From: Octopus sinensis
Lineage: Eukaryota
DNA: 10,623 nucleotides
Assembly (NCBI RefSeq): GCF_006345805.1
Contig: NW_021827411.1
Location: 1-10,623 of the forward strand
Direction of reading: 5' to 3'
The stretch's first letter is position 1; each line of letters begins with the position of its first letter. This document shows, in pieces, positions 1 through 7,825 of the stretch. Below the pieces are notes generated by a model. The model made no database searches and had not been told where the DNA came from. It worked only from the letters and a program-made list of their open reading frames with translations. The position numbers and the translations under genes were made by a program.

Positions 1-240
1 TGCATACACACACACACACACATGCACATTATATACATGTAATTCTTGGAGGTGACTATTTCAAAGGAACGTGCAATGAGGCCACTTAAAATAAAGAAAT
101 ATATGTGTGTGTGTGTGTGTGTATATATTTGAATGTTTGTATTTATGTATGTATATGTTTTTGCTTGTGTATGTATATTCATATATATGTAAAACATATA
201 TGCATGTATGTATATAACGTATGTGTATACATGGTTTTGA

Positions 241-650
241 AGAGGTGGAGGAGAGAGAAGGAGGAGGAAGATGAGGAAATGAAGAAGAAGGAGGAGGAAG
301 AGGAAGATGAGGAAATGAAGAAGAAGGAGGAGGAGGAGGAAGAGAAGAAGAATGAAGTAGAAGTAGTTGTAGTATTAGTATTAGTAGTAGTAGTAGAAGG
401 AGGAAGAGGTGGAGAAGAAGAAAAAGAATGAAGAAATAGTAATAGTAGTAGTAGTAGGAGGAGGAGGAGGTAGAGATAGAGAAGAAGAAAAAGAATGAAG
501 AAGTAGTAATAGTAGTAGTAGTAGTAGTAGTAGGAGGAGGAGGTAGAGGTGGAGAAGAAGAAAAAGAATGAAGTATTAGTAGTAGTAGTAGTTGCAGTAG
601 TAGTAGAAGTAGTAGTAGTAGTGGTAGTAGTAGAAGGAGGAGTGGGAGGG
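241..650. repeat. Purine-rich compound trinucleotide tract (GAG/GAA/GTA) with imperfect ~70-nt higher-order repeats
   Basis: The unit gagaagaagaaaaagaatgaag...agtaatagtagtagtag...gaggaggaggtagag recurs (starts near 412, 479 and 552). Confidence 0.9.
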
Positions 651-756
651 AAATGTTGACTACATCTTAAAAGAGAGAAGTTAAGTTAAATGTCTTTGTT
701 AGGATGTCTTTAGTGATTGTAAGGGGTTGAAATAGGAGTGGCAGGTTGACACTTAC

Positions 757-909
757 CCAGGGCTATTCTGTCAGACGTGGCCTCCCTGTGGATCCAGAAC
801 GACACCCACGACACCACCACCAGCAGGGTACAGGGTACGTAGACTTGGAGCAGGAAGAATCCCATGTGACGCTTCAGATGGAAGTTGACACTGAGCATAG
901 AATGGAGAG
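757..909 (-). CDS. Grd: Internal coding exon (153 nt, phase 1 to 1): pre-M1, M1, M1-M2 linker and start of M2
   Basis: A long polypyrimidine tract precedes it: ...cttctctcccAG|ct ctc cat tct atg ... aga ata gcc ctg g|GTAAGT, which translates as (A)LHSMLSVNFHLKRHMGFFLLQVYVPCTLLVVVSWVSFWIHREATSDRIALG. This closely resembles Drosophila Grd as I recall it ([49 protein letters not shown]). Confidence 0.96.
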
Positions 910-1100
910 CTGGGAGAGAAGGAGAGGCAGAAGAGGAAGAGTGAGATGGGAAATGAGACACACTCACACACACACACACATTTAGATTATTATACAAAAG
1001 TATGTAGATAAACGTGTGTGTATGTGAGGGAGAGTGTGTTAATGTGACGATATTTGCATAAACTAGAAACCTTTACCAGAATTAGAATACCCACGAACGA

Positions 1101-1127
1101 CCATCATCATCATCACCGTCGTCGTTG

Positions 1128-1160
<33 letters not shown>

Positions 1161-1375
1161 ACATCATCATCAGTATCATCATCATCATCATCATATCATC
1201 ATCGATATCATCATCATCATCGTCATCATCATCATCATCAACAACAACATCATCATCATCATCATCATCATCGTCGTCGTCGTCCTCATCGTTGTTGTCA
1301 TCATCAACATCATCATCGTCGTCGTCTTTGTCGTCGTCGTCTTTGTCGTCGTCATCATCATCATAATCACCATTT
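1101..1375. repeat. Expanded degenerate (CAT)n/(CGT)n/(CAA)n microsatellite, probably the expanded 3' tail of the adjacent minus-strand retroelement
   Basis: Seen directly. It abuts catttaatgttcattttccatgctggcatgg, the reverse complement of the element end seen at 2550-2590, which terminates in gatgatgat. Confidence 0.9.
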
Positions 1376-1560
1376 AATGTTCATTTTCCATGCTGGCATG
1401 GTTTGGTTTGAAAAGAAGGGGGCAAGTCACAAGGCCATTTCGGCCTCCAATGTCAGCTTTGGCAGGGCTTCCACAGTTTGATGCCCTTCCTAACACCAAT
1501 CCCTTTTCAGGGTGTACCGGTCGCTTTCTTTCCTGCCACTGGTGCTAATGAGATTGCCAA
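1372..1560 (-). mobile_element. Decayed SINE/LINE-tail family 'Y' copy ending in (GAT)n
   Basis: Its reverse complement matches the plus-strand copy at 2341-2590: ccatgccagcatgga..a...gttaaatg, aggaagggcatc vs aggaaaggcttc, and gtggcaggaaag vs gtggcacgtaag. Confidence 0.7.
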
Positions 1561-1751
1561 GTTACTTTGCAAAGCAGGAAAAGGGAAAAACTCCCACGGC
1601 TCAGGGAAAAACATTTGAGGCAGGAAGGTAACTTGGTCCCAAGTGCTCAAAGGCTGAGATAAGGCAGAGGGACAAGAAACAGTGCCTTGCTCTAATGAAG
1701 GTACATAGCTACCCATGTCTGTTGTTAGGTCTGCTAAAAAGGCCTCTGTGT

Positions 1752-1902
1752 AGGTGCAGGCATGGGTGTGTGGTAAGAAACTTGTATCTCAAACACATGG
1801 TCCTGGGCTCAGTCCCAACTGTGTGGAATTTTGAGTAAGTGTGTAAAGCCTTGTGAGCAGATTTGGTAGACAGAAAATGAAAGAAGCATATTGTGTGTGT
1901 GT
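1752..1902 (+). mobile_element. Older, internally deleted tRNA-derived SINE family 'X' head
   Basis: A-box-like tgggtgtgtgg and B-box-like gggctcagtccc, then aaagccttgtgagcagatttggtagacagaaaatgaaagaagc. This is an inverted match to 2140-2297. Confidence 0.8.
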
Positions 1903-1917
1903 ATATATATATATATA

Positions 1918-2297
1918 TTTTTTTTTTCTTGTTTCAGTCATTTGACTGCGGCCATGCTGGAGCACCGCCTTTAGTCGAGCAAATCGACCCCGGGACTTAT
2001 TCTTTGTAAGCCCAGTACTTATTCTATCGGTCTCTTTTTGCCGAACCGCTAAGTGACGGGGACGTAAACACACCAACATTGGTTGTCAAGCAATGCTAGG
2101 GGGACAAACACAGACACACAAACACACACACACACATATATACGACAGGCTTCTTTCAGTTTCCGTCTACCAAATCCACTCACAAGGCATTGGTCGGCCT
2201 GGGGCTATAGCAGAAGACACTTGCCCAAGATGCCACGCAGTGGGACTGAACCCCGAACCATGTGGTTGGTTAGCAAGCTACTTACCACACAGCCACT
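1918..2297 (-). mobile_element. Apparently full-length, young tRNA-derived SINE (family 'X')
   Basis: On the minus strand: A box TGGCTGTGTGG, B box GGTTCAGTCCC (2242-2254), central region, internal TG/TA microsatellite, and 3' domain ...ggtgctccagcatggccgcagtcaaatgactgaaacaag plus an A-rich tail. It retains many CpGs and sits in (TA)n on both sides. Confidence 0.88.
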
Positions 2298-2340
2298 TAT
2301 ATATACACATACACACAGACACACATATGTTGTACTTTAG

Positions 2341-2590
2341 AAGAAGATCCATCAAGTGAAGTAAAATTGCAGTCGTGGCAGATACTGGTGTCACACAAAT
2401 GGCATCCAAGCTGGTGGCACGTAAGAGCACCCGTGACACTCTCAGAGTCGTTGCTGTGAGGAAAGGCTTCTAGCTGTAGAAACCATGCCAAATCAGACTG
2501 GAGTCTGGTGCAGCCTCCCAGCTAACCAGCCTTGATCAAACCGTCCAACCCATGCCAGCATGGACAACAGACGTTAATGATGATGATGAT
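2341..2590 (+). mobile_element. SINE/LINE-tail family 'Y' copy ending in (GAT)n
   Basis: ...ctagctgtagaaaccatgccaaatcagactgg...ccaacccatgccagcatggacaacagacgttaatgatgatgatgat. Homologous in inverse orientation to 1372-1560. Confidence 0.75.
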
Positions 2591-2748
2591 ATATATATAT
2601 ATGAGAAAGGGTGAAGACAAATTGATATAACAATTATTTCTGTAAACAGACAATATCATTTATTCTGTATATCTCATACAATGTTATCCAATTCATAAAA
2701 TTTCATGTAATATCTGCCATAGTAAATGGAAATAATAATGCATTAATG

Positions 2749-3119
2749 CAGTGGTTCCCAAACTATGAGTCGCAACCCACAGATGGGTTGCGAATGGAAT
2801 CTTAGTGGGTCGCAAAAAGTTCTAAAATTACGCATTAGCTTTGATTAACTGCTGTCTATTGAGATAGTTCAAACTTATGTTTTCAATAGCAGACTTGTTG
2901 TTTTATCAAGCAGTACACCTGAAACTATAACGCATTGAACCTGATGTTAATTCTATTATTGGGCGTAGCAAGAAACAGGCTCATCCTTCTCACTGAAGAT
3001 GTAATCTGAAATAAATTTGTTAATTTAATTCATGTTTTTACTCCGTAGAGTTAAGTGGGTCGTCATAAACTGGTGTGATAAATAGTGGGTCGCGACTCTA
3101 AAAAATTTGGAAACCACTG
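2749..3119 (+). mobile_element. Non-autonomous hAT (Buster/Charlie-type) DNA transposon / MITE, 371 bp
   Basis: TIRs CAGTGGTTCCCAAACT (2749) and AATTTGGAAACCACTG (3119). Perfect 8-bp TSD CATTAATG (2741-2748 and 3120-3127) fits the Buster NNNTANNN preference. Subterminal TGGGTCGC repeats are present. Bases 2916-2996 translate HLKL*RIEPDVNSIIGRSKKQAHPSH*, like a Buster transposase C-terminus. Confidence 0.92.
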
Positions 3120-3754
3120 CATTAATGAATTTCTTTTGCAAGATTCCTGATGTAAAATCGTGTGTCGAAAGAGATGTTATATTTTGGGACGGCCATTTTT
3201 AAAGAACGTTTTTCTCGCCAAATAAACACACATACTATATATTTGCTCTTCACTTGTTTATTATTGTTATTATTTTATGTCCACTGCCTGGAAATCTTTT
3301 GTCACACATCCTGTCACCTCTTCAGTGACCCTTCTAGAACAATAATAAACAAATGAAGACGGAATACACAGAAAAGAAAATGACCATCCGGAAATATTAC
3401 AATCCTATGATAATGCCTTGAAATAATGACATCTGAGGAAGTGAATGGACAATAGGATTGTTATTCCATATTTCCATATATTATGGCATGTACTACATAA
3501 CACTGTATGAATTGGATAACAAAGAAAAACATATATGATTTATGGAAACAATTGTAATGTTGATTTGACTTCTCCTTTCCTTATTTAACTTATTGCTTTT
3601 GTTATTCATTCTGCAGGACTTGTACTCAACCTAAAGGATCGATCTTAACTTGGTGTTGTGTAGTGGTCACTTTAGAATCAATTGAAGTCATACAGATATC
3701 CTTTTCATTTTGGAATACTAAGCTAGCCAGAGTCTGGCATGATGTGCTAAGAAG

Positions 3755-3810
3755 GTGACTGCTGGACAACAGGTGTTGGTTTGTTTACATCCCTGTACTT
3801 AGCAGTTTGG
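3755..3810 (+). mobile_element. Short decayed fragment of the SINE family 'X' 3' domain
   Basis: gacaacaggtgttggtttgtttacatccctgtacttagcagtttggtaaa resembles the reverse complement of 2040-2090. Confidence 0.55.
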
Positions 3811-4002
3811 TAAAGTGCAGAAATGTAAATCTATATTAGAGCTCAAATCATTTGAGTACTATAAGTGTTTTCTATATTGAGCATCTCTAGAGCACATCTG
3901 TGGACACACACACACACACACACACACACTCTCTCTCTCTCTCCAAGATCAGCGACAATTTGTCACTGGAAAAATCATATAGTATTTTGCATTTGGAATG
4001 AG

Positions 4003-4096
4003 TTCTCATCGCTAGCCGGTGATTATTACACTCTGATAACGGGTTACTATTCAGAAACCCGGATCTGTGTGTATCCCGTAAGGCTAGCGATGGGAA
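4003..4096. repeat. 15-bp inverted repeat (1 mismatch) enclosing a smaller hairpin, abutting the Helitron remnant
   Basis: TTCTCATCGCTAGCC (4003-4017) pairs with GGCTAGCGATGGGAA (4082-4096). An inner CGGGTT...AACCCG stem lies at ~4040-4061. Confidence 0.85.
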
Positions 4097-4101
4097 TGAT
4101 G

Positions 4102-4924
4102 AGTCACACCTCCAAGGATGCTGTTGTTTCATCTCAGGTCTCTAATTGTGGGATTAAGTGCTTGTAGGGAACATTTATGGGACATAGCTGTTTCTTCCCA
4201 AACAAATATATATATATATATATATAATTTGCACTTTTTCAAGATTGTCGCTCCGTCCGAGGAATGCATTATGTGGCTCTTTGGGTTTCTTGATGTGCTA
4301 CATTGAAAGGCAATTTGAAGGCAGAGTGTGCTGTTCGTCCCCCATTGAGAAGAGTCGAGGCTATTTCTGAGGAGGCAACAGCAATAGCAAGGCCACCATT
4401 ATGTCGCAACTTCGCAAGAAGATTCTGGAAGAATGTTTTCCCAGTCCCAATGGGAGTTTTTGTGTTTATTCCAAAGTGAAAGTGTGTCTGTCTGGTTGCA
4501 GAAAACCAGCCTTATTGCGAAAAGGTGTCGGAGCTTGTGCAGAGAGCGACACAGAGAGGCCTCGTCATGTGCATTATAGTATTGATCATCTATATTCATT
4601 TGGAGCAGGCATCTTTGAAAGTGCCGCTCTAGTGGCCGTCCACTGTGTGAAGGTCGTCGAAGGAGTTTGGTCTCTTAATGACATCAAGTAAGAACTGCAG
4701 ATGGAAGCATTCAGAGTTCAGGGGTTGAAATGTGTAGAGGCGTCCGACTGTGTCGCCTTTGTACATGTTTGGATCCAACTGCATTGGCCAGCCTTGTTTT
4801 CGTCATTGAATTCTACGTTGATGTGTGCATGAAATATTTTGCAGAGCATCTTTTTGTGGGGAACGACCCACCAACTGTTAACCAAAAATTGCTGGTTATG
4901 AACTTTTTTGATGATTGCTGTGTG
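4102..4924 (-). mobile_element. Helitron RepHel pseudogene remnant A (Rep domain pieces plus PIF1-type helicase motifs I to II), with stops, frameshifts and internal deletions
   Basis: Minus-strand translations in order: HTAIIKKVHNQQFLVNSWWVVPHKKMLCKIFHAHINVEF; RKQG...DTVGRLYTFQPLNSECFHLQFLLDVIKRPNSFDDLHTVDGH*SGTFKDAC; DDQYYNAHDEASLCRSLHKLRHLFAIRLVFCNQTDTLSLWNKHKNS; GTGKTFFQNLLAKLRHNGGLAIAVASSEIASTLLNGGRTAHSAFKLPFN; ATILKKCKL-(TA)n-VWEETAMSHKCSLQALNPTIRDLR*NNSILGGVT. All are characteristic Helitron RepHel motifs. Confidence 0.93.
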
Positions 4925-5166
4925 AGTAAGATGATCAATTTCTGACTGTTACTTCGGAAAGAACAGACCTTCTAACCCCAACTCCATATTACTCCATAAG
5001 TGAAAAGTTTAAATAGTGTAGAACTATCTGTGGCACATAAGTGATGTATTTGCCAAGTGTGAAAGAAATTGGACGAAAAATATTGATTTTACAAGGGACC
5101 AAGTAGTGGTCGCTCACACACACCACACACATCTTCTGCCTTATATATTATAGATATATAACTTGA

Positions 5167-5328
5167 TTCTTTCAGTTTCTGTCTACCAAATCCATTCACA
5201 AGGCTTTGGTTTGTCCCTGTACTATAGTAGAAGACACTTAGACAATGTGCCACACAGCAGGACTGAACCCGAAAGCACGTGTTTAGTGGTTGGGAAGCAA
5301 ACGTTTTGCCACACAGCCATACCTACAC

Positions 5329-5330
<2 letters not shown>
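5167..5330 (-). mobile_element. 5' portion of a decayed SINE family 'X' copy
   Basis: ttctttcagtttctgtctaccaaatccattcacaaggctttgg...gaagacact...ggactgaaccc...ccacacagcca matches 2151-2296. Confidence 0.85.

Positions 5331-5331
<1 letters not shown>

Positions 5332-5410
<79 letters not shown>
5332..5410. repeat. (TA)n microsatellite
   Basis: Seen directly. Confidence 0.97.
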
Positions 5411-5554
5411 ATAATGTGGGCGGTTTATTAGCAACTAAAACCTAAAGGAAAGTTTATAAAAATCACTAAAGTGACAAGGGTACAAAGTGGTACCAGCATT
5501 GTGAGAAGAGTCCAAATGATTCATTAGCCACAAAAAGCACTATCTTAGTATAAA

Positions 5555-5834
5555 TATATACACATATATACACGCTTATACTCACACACACACACACACA
5601 CACACATACATATATATACATATGTGTGTGTGTATATATATATACATATACATACATAAACTCATACATATATATATATATAGATATATATATATATCTA
5701 TCTCTCTCTCTCTCTATATATATATATATAGTATGTACATATATAATGTATACACACACACATATATATTTATATCTATATATCTATTTATTGATGTATA
5801 TATATATGCTTATATACATACACATACACAAATG
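5555..5834. repeat. Compound (CA)n/(TA)n/(TG)n/(TC)n microsatellite
   Basis: Seen directly. Confidence 0.92.
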
Positions 5835-6889
5835 CATGTATGTATTTATGTATGTGTATGCATGTATGTATGTATGTATGTATGAATGTATGTATGTATG
5901 AATGTATGTATGTTTGTATGTATGTATGTATGTATGTATGTATGTATGTATGTATGTATGTATGAATGTATGTATGTATGTATGTATGTATGTATGTATG
6001 TATGTTTGTATGTATGAATGTATGTATGTATGTATGTATGTATGAATGTATGTATGTATGTATGTATGAATGTATGTATGTATGTATGTATGAATGTATG
6101 TATGTATGTATGTATGTATGTATTATGTATGTATGTATGTATGTATGTATGTATGTTGTATGTATGTATGTATGTATGTATGAATGTATGTATGTATGTA
6201 TGTATGTATGTATGTATGTATGTATGTATGTATGTAGTATGTTTGTATGTATGTATGTATGTATGTATGTATGTATGTTTGTATGTATGAATGTATGTAT
6301 GTAGTATGTATGTTGAATGTATGTATGTATGTATGTATGTATGTATGTATGTATGAATGTATGTATGTATGTATGTATGTATGTATGTATGTATTTTGTA
6401 TGTATGTATGTATGTATGTATTTTGTATGTATGTATGTATGTATGAATGTATGTATGTATGTATGTATGTATGAATGTATGTATGTATGTAGGTATGTAT
6501 GTATGTATGTATGTATGTATGTATGTATGTATGTATATGTATGTACGTTTTAATGTATGTATGTATGTATGTAATGTAGTATGTATGTATGTATGTATGT
6601 ATGAATGTATGTATGTATGTATGTTATGTATGTATGTATGTATGTATGTATGTATGTATGTATGTATGTATGTATGTATATGTATGTATGTATGTACGTT
6701 TTAATGTATGTATGTATGTATGTATGTATGTATGTATGTATGTATGTATGAATGTATGTATGTATGAATGTATGTATGTATGTATATGTATGTACGTTTT
6801 AATGTATGTATGTATGTATGTATGTATGTATGAATGTATGTATGTATGTATATGTATGTACGTTTTAATGTATGTATGTATGTATGTAT
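5835..6889. repeat. ~1.05-kb (TATG)n tetranucleotide array with variant units
   Basis: Seen directly. Variants are TGAA, TTTG and TAGT, plus four CGTTTTAA interruptions (6546, 6697, 6795, 6861). Confidence 0.97.
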
Positions 6890-7234
6890 AAAAGCACTTA
6901 AAATTTACCGTTTCCAACAGATTTGGCGTGACTAAAGCGATTAATGTCGACCGTTCCCGGGTCATGAAATCTGAAAATTATTAGAGAGTCTGAAATGTCT
7001 GCAGCGATGAAAACCTGTCATGTGAAGCGGTTGAGAGTTGCAAATTAAAATCAATAAATTTGACGTATTAAAGAACTTGGAAAATTACCGAATTCCATCT
7101 TGTTCTGTGTGAGAAAAATGATTAATTTTCACTTGTCTATTCTTGCATTCTGTCATTCTTTTACTGGTGTTTGTCATTGGGTTATGGCCAGACTGGAGCA
7201 GACATTGATTCCCCAAGTTTTAACTCTTTAGTGT

Positions 7235-7716
7235 TCACATCTCTCTGTAGATGACATTTTTGGTTTCTCCTTCAGGAGTAAAGATGAATAAGTAGTCTGG
7301 ATGGCCAACTCTGGAACAACCTATTTCTTTACTACCCACAAGGGGCTAAACACGCAGAGGACAAACAAACGGATTAAGTCGATTACATCGACCCCAGTGC
7401 GTAACTGGTACTTAATTTATCAACCCCGAAAGGATGCAAGGTAAAGTCGACCTCGGCGGAATTTGAACTCAGAACGTAACGGCAGACGAAATACGGCTAC
7501 GCATTTCGTGCTAACGTTTCTGCCAGCTCGCCGGAACAACCGCTGTAGTACTGTCCATGTGAAAAGCATGATATTTGAAGGTCCAACCTGTCAACTTTCG
7601 GCAACTGACCTTGTGCTTTGTTAATTGTCATGGTGAAGCTGACTTTCAGAGGGAACTGAAGTCTCTGCATAGGGCAGGGGCTGTTTGTTGGGGTTAGCGG
7701 AATGAAAGTGATATCA
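7235..7716 (-). mobile_element. Helitron RepHel remnant B: C-terminal helicase motifs V-VI and the stop codon, split by a SINE
   Basis: After removing the SINE and one TSD copy, the frame reads DITFIPLTPTNSPCPMQRLQFPLKVSFTMTINKAQGQLPKVDRLDLQISCFSHGQYYSGCSRVGHPDYLFIFTPEGETKNVIYREM* (stop 7237-7235). This matches the PIF1/Helitron consensus RxQFPxxxxFAMTINKxQGQ...FSHGQLYVAxSRV...KTKNIVYxE. Confidence 0.93.
7322..7532 (-). mobile_element. Young tRNA-derived SINE (family 'W') with a 9-bp target-site duplication
   Basis: Head ggcgagcTGGCAGAAACGttag; B box GAGTTCAAATTCC (7470-7458); central ggtcgactttaccttgcatcctttcggggttgataaattaagtaccag; 3' end ...gtagtaaagaaata. Flanked by GGAACAACC at 7313-7321 and 7533-7541. 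Confidence 0.92.
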
Positions 7717-7825
7717 TGTTCACATCTCTCTGTCCAATGCAATGCTTATTTCTTCATGCTTTTTCGAATGAAGATGTATTTTCTTGTAGCTTTGAGATTT
7801 TGATGTTGCAATTAATTATTGTGAA

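Noticed and set aside
40-100. Acceptor-like tttctttattttaAG on the minus strand (AG at 86-85) as the next (M2-M3) exon
   Set aside because: In the required phase it reads VASLHVPLK* rather than ITTVLT...; the next exon lies outside the window.
105-431. 108-aa ORF (MCVCVC...EEEE)
   Set aside because: Translation of TG/TA and GAG/GAA simple repeats; no splice or domain evidence.
710-997. Full 95-aa ORF as the protein
   Set aside because: Only 757-909 is exon; the flanks are the polypyrimidine tract and intron read-through. The overlapping ORFs 746-985 and 771-977 are shadows.
1054-1481. His-, Ser-, Ile- and Met-rich ORFs
   Set aside because: Reading frames of the (CAT)n array.
3585-3660. Plus-strand acceptor-like ttattcattctgcAG suggesting a nested antisense exon
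   Set aside because: No recognisable coding sequence, strong donor or partner exon.
4401-4945. Plus-strand ORFs 4401-4691 and 4730-4945
   Set aside because: Antisense shadows of the minus-strand Helitron remnant.
5466-6965. Many MYVC/YIHT-repeat ORFs
   Set aside because: Artefacts of (TATG)n and (TA)n, which lack stops in some frames.
7497-7742. ORF as a host PIF1 helicase gene
   Set aside because: It is an isolated intronless fragment interrupted by a SINE, with a Helitron-style C-terminus and no splice context; its last residues are SINE-derived.
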